Source of the DNA: Octopus sinensis
Taxonomy: Eukaryota
Reading direction: 5' to 3'
NCBI RefSeq assembly: GCF_006345805.1
Contig: NC_043010.1
Location: 10,726,001-10,790,000 of the forward strand
Length of the DNA stretch: 64,000 nt
This document shows, one piece after another, positions 53,658 through 64,000 of the stretch. The translations under genes were made by a program, and so were the position numbers. The notes beneath the pieces are model-generated. The model ran no database searches. It worked only from the letters and a program-made list of their open reading frames with translations, and was not told where the DNA came from. The first letter of the stretch is position 1. Each line of letters begins with the position of its first letter.

Positions 53658-53838
53658 CTGAAGAAAGTGAAGTAAATATATTCAAAAGGTGTAACTCTTT
53701 TCGGTAAACAATAGTCGTAAAATATAGTTAATGACTTTACAAAAGACTTGGGTATTATTCTTTCCCATAAACTGTTTTATAATTTAGTCAATTATAGATT
53801 TGAATGTTTTGGTCATTTGAAGATCCCATATCATATAC

Positions 53839-54145
53839 GGATATGCAATGGCCCAGTGGTTAGGGCAGCAGACTCGCGGTCGTAGGATCGTGGTTTCGAT
53901 TCCCAGACCGGGCATTGTGTGTGTTTATTGAGCGAAAACACCTAAAAGCTCCACGAGGCTCCGGCAGGGGGTGGTGGTGATCCCTGCTGTACTCTTTCAC
54001 CACTCTTTCTTCCACTCTTTCTTCTGTTAGCCTGCTCGCTTAGCCAGCGGGGTGGCGTCATTCGAAGGCTAAATCAATGTGAAGCGCATTGTGACCAGCG
54101 AGGTGTAACAACATCTGATGGTCTGGTCGGTCATGTGATCATGTG
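53839..54145 (+). mobile_element. SINE-C body with tail 3
   Basis: Tail ..GCTTAGCCAGCGGGGTGGCGTC..(ATGTG)n-like end; TSD ATATCATATAC. Confidence 0.8.
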
Positions 54146-54469
54146 ATATCATATACAACACACCACTTCAAGCATTCATCTTTCTCGGAATCCTACAACT
54201 TTACATTGTTTTCTCCTAGTCTTCTGCAAATCTGAAGTTATTTTATATATAGAATATGTTGCCATATATCTTATTAGTATTGTGAAGGTACGAGAGAAAC
54301 TGCATTATTATTAGTTAGCTTGAATTGCTTGGGTTTGTTTGTTTTTTATCATCTGCCTGCCTGTCTGTTTGTATATCAATCTATCTATTTCCCTCTTTCT
54401 CTGTGTGTGTGTATATATATATATATATTAAATTAGATTTATTATTATTATTATAATTATATATATATA

Positions 54470-54680
54470 TATGTGGCCGCGTGTGTACCGTTGGCGATTT
54501 TTTTTCCTCTGTCTTCCCTTCTCTGGATCTTTCCTTCTCCTATGTTTCCGACGAAGAGCTCCGCTCAAAACGTTAAACCCTCCTTCTTTCTTTCTTTCCT
54601 GAGCATCCAATGATACTATATTTGTTCCACGTCCTCGCGTTGTTGCGTTTTTTTGTGCTTTCTTGTTTGGATTAACTATA
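54470..54680 (+). mobile_element. Penelope-like fragment with hammerhead-like motif (54544-54578, G12 mutated)
   Basis: GTTT-CCGACGA-A-GAGC(TCC)GCTC-AAAACGTT-AAAC. Confidence 0.55.
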
Positions 54681-54800
54681 TATATATATATGTGTGTGTG
54701 TATATGTGTATATAAATATATATATATATATATATTATATATTATTAGTGAATTGAAGAAATGGAGTTGAACGAAGATTGAACAGAAATCCTTTTATTGC

Positions 54801-54882
54801 ATTCTACACGTGTTTCGAAAGCCACAATTTACCAAATTCCGATTGAATAAGGAGCCCATATTGTGTCTTTCTCTTCAGGAAG
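54801..54882 (-). ncRNA. Canonical minimal type I hammerhead ribozyme
   Basis: TTC-CTGAAGA-[GAAAGACACAAT/ATTGTGGCTTTC, 11 of 12 pairs, 31-nt loop]-GAAACACGT-GTA-GAA; predicted cleavage between 54805 and 54804. Confidence 0.75.
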
Positions 54883-54887
54883 AAATA

Positions 54888-55085
54888 GGAATTCCGTTGG
54901 CAGAACAAAAACAGAACAGAGGCGCAGCAAAACAAATCGAACGAGGAGGCTCCTAAGAGCCCATGGCCAAACTGTTTATCAATGTATACATTGATAAACA
55001 GTTTGGCCATGGGCTCTTAGGAGCCTCCTCATTCGATTTGTTTTGCTGCGCCTCTGTTCTGTTTTTGTTCTGCCAACGGAATTCC
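54888..55085. repeat. 198-bp zero-spacer palindrome
   Basis: 99-bp arms centred at 54986/54987, one mismatch (54942/55031). Confidence 0.97.
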
Positions 55086-55323
55086 ATGCTGTGCTCCAGC
55101 ATGGCTGCAGTCATATGACTGAAACAAATAAAGGAAGAGTAAAAAAATATATATATATAAATAGATAGATATATGTATATCCAAATTTGTATGATTGTTT
55201 ATAGAATGATATATTAATCAAATTGCTCCGATCTTCTTTATTATCTGTGATTTTTACAATGTTACAATTTTACTATATTGAAATAAACTAGTACTTTCAT
55301 GCATTATGCAATCATCAGGTTTA

Positions 55324-55745
55324 TGTAGTAACAGTCACTTTCCATAATTGACAATAGCTGTGATACATATATCACATCACACCCCCATGTACACACTAGC
55401 ACTGACCACTTCCCAGACCCACACACCTACACATACACACACACACATGTCAAGGTCACCAGCCCTCTTCCACATGCACATACATGCTCTCCTATACACA
55501 CATACACACACCTTTTTTTTGGGATCACCACTACTTTATTATTTCCCCTTCTTCCTAGCTCTCCTGTGTGACCCCTCTGTCTGACATTCACCATGATAGA
55601 TCGCTAGCCACTACACATTCTTTATTCTCTTTCCTTGTTTCTTTCTGTGGAAGAGCGTAGGCTTGAAACGTTAAAGACTTTTTCACTTCCCGAGCGTTAA
55701 ACTAATACATCTGTTTGCTGTCTACACCACCTGTCTTCATCTTAC
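55324..55745 (+). mobile_element. Second Penelope-like fragment with a degenerate hammerhead motif (55641-55676)
   Basis: CTTT-CTGTGGA-A-GAGC(GTAG)GCTT-GAAACGTT-AAAG. Confidence 0.45.
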
Positions 55746-55983
55746 CAAAGTCATCAGGAAAGTCAGAAAAGGTGTTCTTGACAGACTATGTCTTGAACTC
55801 CAGAACTGAGTTCAAATACAAACCTGATGAAGGATTTACTTTCGAAGCATACTACAGAAGACATGAGCAAATCTTTGAGAAAGAATATAGAGATTGGGAT
55901 GACGAGATGAAAATGCACTTAATCTTGAAAAAACCTGGCAGCAACAGAACATGAATGATATAGTAATTATGTACTCACAAGAA

Positions 55984-56372
55984 GTGGAGGCGCAATGGCC
56001 CAGTGGTTAGGGCAGCGGACTCGCGGTCATAGAATCGCGGTTTCGATTCCCAGACCGGGCGTTGTGAGTGTTTATTGAGCAAAAACACCTAAAGCTCCAC
56101 GAGTCTCGGGCAGGGGATGGTGGTGATCCCTGCTGTACTCTTTCACCACAACTTTCTCTCACTCTTACTTCCTGTTTCTGTTGTACCTGTATTTCAAAGG
56201 GCCGGCCTTATCACTCTCTGTGTCACGCTGAATCTCCCCGAGAACTACGTTAAGGGTACACGTGTCTGTGGAGTGCTCAGCCACTTACACGTTAATTTCA
56301 CGAGCAGGCTGTTCCGTTGATTCGAATCAACCGGAACCCTCGTCGTCGTAACCGATGGAGTGGTTCCATCCA
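55984..56372 (+). mobile_element. SINE-C with tail 1, inserted in gag
   Basis: TSD ACTCACAAGAA (55973-55983, 56378-56388). Confidence 0.88.
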
Positions 56373-57226
56373 TCCCACTCACAAGAAAACCTTTGGACAT
56401 AAAATTTAATGACACAATAGATATATTGTGTAAAATTTTCAGTGTAAAAGGCTCATTGTTCAACACATGTTGGAAGTATCTGAGCGTAGAGAAAAATACT
56501 GATGAGGACTACATCAGATATGTTAGTAGAGTATACAGGGAATGCGAGAAGTTTAAACTGGATGAATTAATGCCAGATATGTTCAAAAGCTTGATTTTTA
56601 CACAGGGACTTACTGCTGAAAAGGATGCAGTAGTTAGAACTAGAATTCTCACAAAGCTGGAACAAACCAGGGTGTAACTTTACAGCAAGTGTCAGAAGAA
56701 TGTGAAAAGATAGTTAAATTAAGGCACAAAACAGAGGAAATTAAACATAAATATTATTTCCAAGTAAAGTAAATGTGAAATAGTCAGAATAGAGGTAAAA
56801 TTTTTTATAAAAATACAACAAAAATCGGGAAAAAACCCCATGTTTTGCACATGGAGGTATACACCTGAGGAAAAATTTAAGAAAGCAGAATGCTTTCGTT
56901 GTAGAAATATCGGACATATAGAGACACACTGTAGAACGAAGGTGACAAAATGCCGGAATAAAGGAAGAAGAATGAATAGTATGTCATCAAAAGAAATTAG
57001 TGATATAATGATGAGGAAATTTGTAAAGGTGAAAATTAGAAATACAAGTGTTAAAATGCAGTTGGACACAGGTAGTGATATCACCATTATAAATGATAAA
57101 ACTTGGAAATATGTTGGTAAGCTGAAGTTAATTAAATCAGGGAAGGTAGCACATGGTGTTATGGGAGAAAGATTATATTGTTTCAGAGAATTTGTAAGAT
57201 CTTGAGGTCAAATGAAAATGGCAAAG

Positions 57227-57490
57227 ATCATCATCATCATCATCATCATCATCGTTTAACATCCGTTTTCCGCGCTAGCATGGGTTGGACGGTTCGATCG
57301 GAGTCTGGGAAGACAGATGGCTGCACCAGGCTCCAGTCTGATCTGGCAGTGTTTCTACAGCTGGATGCCCTTCCTAACGCCAACCACTCCGCGAGTGTAG
57401 TGGGTGCTTTTTACGTGCCACCAGCACAGATTCCAGGGGAGTCTGGCATTGGCCACGATCGGTTGGTGCTTTTAACGTGCCACCGGCACG
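57227..57490 (-). mobile_element. RTE 3' end inserted in the Gypsy protease region
   Basis: (CAT)n plus reverse RTE tail. Confidence 0.8.
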
Positions 57491-58233
57491 GAAATTTGAA
57501 TATACAAGGATTGAACCTTTGTTAAAGAGGTTTGTGTATTGCTGTGTCCATGTCTTTGCCCGCAAGACCATTGAGACATATGTGTTACAAAGTTCATTTT
57601 GATTTCTTTGGCACAGAGCGGATGGAACTATTCAAAATATGGAATATGCTCATAAGTGTTCTGTGTGGAAATATAGTCGTTTTCAGTTGAAGGTTTGAAT
57701 GCAGGTGAGGGACCGGAACAAAAGATTAGAGTAAAACAGAGTGGAACACCTGTATGTAGGCGAAAATGAAATGAAACATTGCCCACGATAAACAGTAAAC
57801 ATTATTCAAAAGTAGATGTTCCGTGGTCGTGACAACACATTGATTTCACCAGCAAATACAGCAGCAGGTAGATCACCTGTGAAGCTGATGTAAAATCAGT
57901 CTTTGATAAATTGCTTCCTGGCAGGGAAAGAAAAAGGTGTCAGGAAAGACATAGCAAGATTTTTTAAAGTCTGTGAAAAGGTGTATATGAGGGTATACAA
58001 GAATGGAAAGCAGAGTTGGGAGGATGGCATAATTACCAAATGCTTTGGTAAAATGATGTATTGGGTAAAAAGTAGAAAAGGGCACACAAAAAAGACACAG
58101 GAACCAACTGAAAAAGAGATTCATGGAAAGAGAACCAAAGAAGTTGGAGGAACTGATGGAATGGTTGTACAACAAGTTCCAAGAACCAACGCCACTGCAG
58201 GTGATTGAACTCAGGTATACATTGAACTCAGGT

Positions 58234-58407
58234 ATAGGCGCAGGAGTGGCTGTGTGGTAAGTAGCTTGCTTACCAACCACATGGTTCTGGGTTCAGTTCC
58301 ACTGTGCGGCACCTTGGGCAAGTGTCTTCTACTATAGCCTTGGGCCGACCAATGCCTTGTGAGTGGATTTGGTAGACGGAAACTGAAAGAAGCCTGTCGT
58401 ATATATG

Positions 58408-58438
<31 letters not shown>

Positions 58439-58657
58439 TTGTGTGTCTGTGTTTGTCCCCCTAGCATTGCTTGACAACCGATGCTGGTGTGTTTACATCC
58501 CCGTCACTTAGCAGTTTGGCAAAAGAGACCGATAGAATAAGTACTGGACTTACAAAGAATAAGTCCCGGGGTCAATTTGCTTGACTTAAGGCGGTGCTCC
58601 AGCATGGCCGCAGTCAAATGACTGAAACAAATAAAAGAGTAAACGAGTAAAAAGAGT
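58234..58657 (+). mobile_element. SINE-A inserted at the end of Gypsy pol
   Basis: Full copy preceded by 2 x ATTGAACTCAGGTATA. Confidence 0.9.
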
Positions 58658-58795
58658 GAGAGGAAAAGAAAATGTACAGAGTTCTTTAAAATAGATGCCA
58701 AGCACAAAAAATATTAAACTGTACGAGGTAGGGGTGAATCAAAAAATTATTGCTAAATAAAATGACACTTCCTAAGAAAATCTTAAAAAGAGGGA

Positions 58796-58962
58796 TGTAG
58801 TGAATTAGTAATAATGGTACGCCTCTCCCATGTCACTAGTGATATGAGTTAGTCACTATAAATAGGAGAGTATAAGACTGCGATAGAGTACGTAGCAGGT
58901 GGTCAGAGATGTCTTAAATGGTTTTACTAAGTATACTGTATACTGAAGTGGATGTTATAACA
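58796..58962 (+). mobile_element. 3' LTR of the Gypsy relic
   Basis: PPT AAAAAGAGGGA (58785-58795), TGT...ACA termini, internal TATAAATA. Confidence 0.7.
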
Positions 58963-59011
58963 ATCCAACACTTTAAAGATTATCACAAACACGCAGACAC
59001 ACACACATGTG

Positions 59012-59059
<48 letters not shown>

Positions 59060-59258
59060 AATGAACTCCGCTCAGTTTTTGTCAAACAAATGAACTCACA
59101 AGGCTTTGGTCAGCCTGTGGTTATAATAGAACATACTTCCACAGGGTGCCATGCACTGGGATTGAACCTGAACCAATGTGGTTTGAGAGCAAACTTCTTA
59201 ATGCACAGCCATGCCTGCGCCTTATATATATATATAAATACACACATATGTACATATG

Positions 59259-59299
<41 letters not shown>

Positions 59300-59468
59300 A
59301 TACATTCATACATACATACATACACATAGCACAAATATGCACACACAAAAATCCATACACACACATGTATGCATGCATACACACACACACATCTGTATAC
59401 ATATCACATATACATAACATACAAGAACAATCCTCACCAACCCAATTAATCAAAGAATATACACATAC

Positions 59469-60356
59469 CATTAATATGATCAAAGCACTTCTTTTATCAA
59501 AATAGTTTATAAATATTTCACATCTTTCCTAATAATTCCTTTGATCCTCCTCCTTGTAGATGTCTGAAGAAAGTGAAGTAAAATATATTCACCGCGTATG
59601 ATTTCTTTCTGCAAACAATGGCTCTTATAACGACATTAATGATTTTACAAAAGACTTGGCCATTATTTCTTACTCACAAACTCGTTAATTAATTACACAA
59701 TAATTTTATGACCTTATCAACAGTTACAAATTTGAAGATTTAATCATTTAAATATCTCTATCACTAAACACTCTATTCCGAACTCACCCTCTCTCTGAAA
59801 GAATTACTTTTTTTCACCATTCCCTCTTAGTCTTCAGCACATTGAAAGTTATTTTATATATGCAATACATTGCAATATATTTTGTTACTATTCTGAAGAT
59901 ATATGAGAAGAAACTGCTAAAACTAATAAGATGAGAACATTCAACTTCATTTCAGTATTCAATCTATCTATGTCTATATCTATATAACTAGTCATCATTC
60001 TAAATAGCTGTCTCTGTAATTCTCTCTCTTTCTCAAAACATATACACACACACACACACATATATGGGTGTGTGTGTATATATATATATATTGGGCCATC
60101 CTATAAATAATGTTATTTTTTATAAATCTTTTATTTTTTTAATTAAGATAAACAAAGTTCTTTTTTAATCTAAAATTAATGTTTCAAGCCTATGCTCTTC
60201 CACAGGAAGGAACACGCACACACACACACAAACACACACACACACACACACCCACACACACACACTGCCTAAATACCAATCTTGAGAAATTAGGCTTCTC
60301 AAAACCAGAGAGGAAAATGCTAACTTCAAGACTACAGATCCAAATCATCCCTGGAA
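59469..60356 (-). other. Three candidate exons (60277-60356, 59788-59892, 59469-59563) of a probably non-coding or 5'-UTR spliced transcript
   Basis: Each has a pyrimidine tract + CAG acceptor and a GTATTT/GTGAGT/GTATGT donor; the last exon is closed in all frames. Confidence 0.5.
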
Positions 60357-60587
60357 CTGTAAAAATCTGTTTATCATTTGAAGATATATGAGCATGTCTA
60401 GATATGAATCTATATGCATGAGAATACATACATAAAGCAAAACATGCAAATATGCACATATACATACATATATACATACATACATGCATACATACAAACA
60501 AAAATACCTTGTTGTTGATGTTGAAATTACAATGAAGGAGCCTTGGATCTAGTTTAGAAACTGGCTTTTTTCTCTGTTGGCAAGAAA

Positions 60588-60890
60588 TCTTTATATATAA
60601 AAGTGAGGTTGTGTGCTGTCTGTCTCCTACGATTTAGATTCCTAACTACTCCCACATTTTGCGGTGCAGTTTAACCAAAACCGGGTATCTTATAGTCGTG
60701 ATTCATATCGAGCCCTTCTGGGTATTAGCGTGCATCTACGATGAGTCTACGATTTAAAAAAAAATTACCATCATTTTTTCCCATTTTTAATGTATTTTTT
60801 TTTGCTATTAAATAAGGGAAGTAACTCTCTAAAAATGCTTATATAGTTATTTTCCTTACAAACCCGAGCAACGCCGGGCGATACTGCTAA
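60588..60890 (+). mobile_element. Non-autonomous Helitron, subfamily 1 (one internal unit)
   Basis: A|TC start, hairpin, CTAA|T end. Confidence 0.8.
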
Positions 60891-60953
60891 TCTTGAAATA
60901 AAACTGAACAATGACATACATGCATCCATACATATATGCATACATGAATGCAT

Positions 60954-61298
60954 GGTAAAGGGTAAAGGACCCTTTCAATCACGAATAATCATGGGATTGC
61001 ACCAAAAAAGTTACTTGCCAAGGCACAAATCCAGGTAAGGTTGTTTATGAAAGACCAGACATCATCCATGCATACCAGCCTCCCCCACTCTATGCCACTG
61101 ATGTTATCTAAGGGAAAGGCAAAGGAGCTGATATAGCTTAGCACTAGTGATGTCACAACTCATTTCTACAGCTGAGGGAACTGGAGCAATGTGAAATAAA
61201 GTGTCTTGCTCAAGAACACAACACACAACCTGGCCTGGGAACCGAACTCACTACCTCATGATAGTGAGCTCGACACTCTAAACACCGAGTTACGTATG
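60954..61298 (-). mobile_element. SINE-F with tail 4 ending (TTTACC)n
   Basis: CORE-like body (reverse of AATAAAGTGTCTTGCTCAAGAACAC) joined to a different 3' tail. Confidence 0.7.
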
Positions 61299-61304
61299 TT
61301 CCCA

Positions 61305-61630
61305 CACATACAAAGTTACCCCTCAAAAGAGCTGTTCTTCACTCCTGCTCCAGAGCGTCGACTGTGGGGTCACTCCGAAAAGCTCTATCTGCAACGATTT
61401 CATCTCAATCAAAGGAGAGGGACTTTCTCCATCCGGGTTGCGGATCCGTGGAATAAGCTGCCAGACGAGATAGTGAAGATGCCGATGACCGCTCGGTTCA
61501 AAGTCTCCCTTGACCACAAATGGCCTGAACTCTTCGCATGAACATCACCCTGTACATAACTCCATGTCCCCGTACATGGCCTTGCTTTTTGCTTTTTGAG
61601 CCGAAAAATTAACTTAACTTAACTTAACTT
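61305..61630 (+). pseudogene. CR1-type LINE 3' end
   Basis: ..LWGHSEKLYLQRFHLNQRRGTFSIRVADPWNKLPDEIVKM..FKVSLD..* then (AACTT)n tail. Confidence 0.85.
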
Positions 61631-61837
61631 ATATACATATATATAAATATATATATACATAAATATACATATATTATGCAGCATGAAGTTTTGTTAGTGA
61701 ACAGGTCGCAGCTTCAATGTGACAAAAATACTTTAACTAAATTTAAATGTTGAAGTGAAACTAACAGCTTATGTGTGTTCTTAAATGACCTACAAACATC
61801 TTCCATGCTGCAATTGTTTTTACATATATATATCTGT

Positions 61838-62014
61838 GCAGGTGGCATGTAAAAAGCACCCACTACACTCGCGGAGTGGTTGGCGTTAGGAAGGGCATCC
61901 AGCTGTAGAAACTCTACCAGATCAGACTGGAGCCTGGTGCAGCCCCTGGCTTCCCAGACCCCGGTCGAACCGTCCGACCCATGCTAGTGCGGAAATCGAT
62001 GATGATGATGATGA
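61838..62014 (+). mobile_element. RTE 3' end with (GAT)n
   Basis: Same tail as 1-312. Confidence 0.8.
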
Positions 62015-63271
62015 TATTAGACTGTCAAGAAAGTTCTTGTGGAAATTTTAACTTTGTTTTAAATGATGTATTTTCCAATTCATTTTTGTTAAATTACTTT
62101 GATTTTATATATAATTTTAAAGCCCGTTTTTCACTTTTATCTAATCGCATTACGCTTTTTCTTTTGAATAATTAGGCCACGTTTTCCGGAACGTTGAATA
62201 CAACATGGACAAAAAGCAAATTCGCACAATTTTCATATTCCAGTTCAAGCTAGGTTGAAAAGTTTATGAAACAGCTCGCAATATCAACGATGCTTTTGGC
62301 CCAGGAACCACTAATGAACGTACAGCAGAATGGTGGTTCAAGAAATTTCGTCGCAGTGACAAGAGTCTTGAAGAGGATAAGTGTAGTGGTCAGCCATCGG
62401 ATGTTGACAATGATAAACTTAGAGCCTTAGTCAAAGCCAATCCATACACAACCGTTCGAGAGCTTGCTTCTGAATTAGATGTAATGTATACAATTTCCAA
62501 CCACTTGAAAGAGATTGAAAAATCAGGGTGTCACACGAAATGACTGACAACCAAAACAACATCATTTTGAAATGTCGTCTTCCCTTCTTTTACGCAACAA
62601 AAACGATCCGTTTCTCGACCGGATTGTAACTTGCGATGGAAAGTGGCTTCTTTATGAGAACTGGTGATGCTGAGCTCAGTGGTTGGACACTGACGAAGTT
62701 CCATGGCACTTCCCGAAGCCAAAGTTTCACCAAAAGGTCATGCTGACTGTTTGGTGGTCTGCAGCCAGTCTCATCCATCATAGCTTTTTGGATCCAGGTG
62801 AAACCATTACGGCAAAGAAGTACTATCAGCAAATGGATGAAATGCATAAGAATCTCTGACAACAACCAGCATTGGTCAATAGAAAAGGACCAATTCTTCT
62901 CCATGACAACATGACACATGTCACACAACTAATCCTGCAGAAGTTAAACGAATTGGACTATGAAACTCTGCCTCATCTGCTATGCTCACCACACTTCTTG
63001 CCTACTGACTATTACTTTTTCAAGCATCTTGACAACTTCCTGCGTGAGAAATGCTTCAAAAACCAAGACGATGCCAAACACGCCTTCAAGAACTTCATTG
63101 CCACCAGAACGCAGGATTTTTACGCTACTAGCATAAATAAACTTGTTTCACATTGGCAAAAGTGTGTTGATTCTGATGGTGTTTATTTCAATTAATAAAG
63201 TTTTGTTTGAGCTGAGGTATGTGCATCTGAATTTAAAGGTTAAAAACCACAAGAACTTCCTTAACCTAATA
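62015..63271 (+). pseudogene. Near-full-length mariner with inactivated transposase (62205-63195)
   Basis: MDKKQIRTIFIFQFKLG*..WWFKKFR..; ..KGPILLHDN..LPTDYYFFKHLDNFL..; several stops/frameshifts; imperfect TIRs TATTAG..AAGTTCTTGTGG. Confidence 0.92.
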
Positions 63272-63275
63272 TATA

Positions 63276-63660
63276 CTGTGTGGTAAGTAGCTTGCTAACC
63301 AGCCACATGGTTCCGGGTTCAGTCCCACTGCGTGACATCTTGGGCAAGTGTCTTCTGCTATAGCCCCGGGCCGACCAATGCCTTGTGAGTGGATTGGTAG
63401 ATGGAAACTGAAAGAAGCCTGTTGTATATATGTATATGTATATATATGTATGTGTGTGTTTGTGTGATGGTGTTTGTCACCCTAGCATTGCTTGACAACC
63501 GATGCTGGTGTGTTTACGTCCCTGTCACTTAGCGGTTCGGCAAAAGAGACCGATAGAATAAGTACTGGGCTTACAAAGAATAAGTCCCGGGATCGATTTG
63601 CTTGACTAAAGGTGGTGCTCCAGCATGGCTGCGGTCAAATGACTGAAACAAGTAAAAGAG
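63276..63660 (+). mobile_element. SINE-A, 5' clipped
   Basis: Body and tail match the consensus. Confidence 0.9.
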
Positions 63661-64000
63661 TATGTATGTATGTATGTATGCATGTATGTATATATATATA
63701 TATGTGTGTGTGTGTGTATGCATGCATTTATATATGTATGTATACATGTACAGATGGACGTATGTATAGATACTACACACACACATATATATGCCTTTTA
63801 GAATAGCTAGCTCTTCAGCTAGTACAATACTGTATCGATGTTTATTGGGTTGCTGGATAGACTAAGATTAATACTGTATACGTTTATCATATGTATAATA
63901 AAATATGCACTGAATTTCTTTCACTTCTCTTGTGAAGCATAACTGAAATATGTATTAAATCTATAAATGACTTTATATATATTAGAAGGCAATATTAATT

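Larger units (their letters stand above)
55745..58962 (+). mobile_element. Decayed Ty3/Gypsy LTR retrotransposon, internally deleted, 5' LTR missing
   Basis: Gag fragments, zinc knuckle CFRCRNIGHIETHC, protease LDTGSDITII (56840-57205), integrase-tail-like ..KVYMRVYKNGKQSWEDGII.. (57903-58208), PPT and LTR. Confidence 0.85.

Noticed and set aside
55324-55340. TGTAGT as start of a 5' LTR for the Gypsy relic
   Set aside because: Downstream sequence does not match the 3' LTR at 58796-58962

Overview
Eukaryotic, very AT-rich, repeat-saturated intronic or intergenic DNA. The SINE inventory looks like an octopus (Octopus sp.) genome, which is pattern recognition and not a database result. No intact protein-coding gene, true tRNA/rRNA gene or CRISPR array is visible. 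Almost all ORFs in the supplied track are microsatellite or SINE read-through. Content: about 27 copies of a ~420-bp tRNA-derived SINE with an internal (TA)/(TG) microsatellite (called SINE-A here); three other SINE bodies (B, C, F) that swap 3' tails; RTE-LINE 3' ends with (GAT)n tails; CR1 and Tx1-like LINE relics; 7 non-autonomous Helitrons; 3 piggyBac-type MITEs; 2 mariner relics; a deleted Ty3/Gypsy element with its 3' LTR; and several Penelope-like fragments. The most interesting signals are five hammerhead-ribozyme motifs. One is canonical (minus strand 54801-54882) and lies 9 nt downstream of a zero-spacer 198-bp palindrome (54888-55085). Also notable are other fold-back palindromes, 72-95-bp direct repeats around two adjacent insertions, combinatorial SINE head/tail shuffling, and a duplicated set of non-coding minus-strand exons. 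Ends of degraded elements are approximate (about +/-10 bp).
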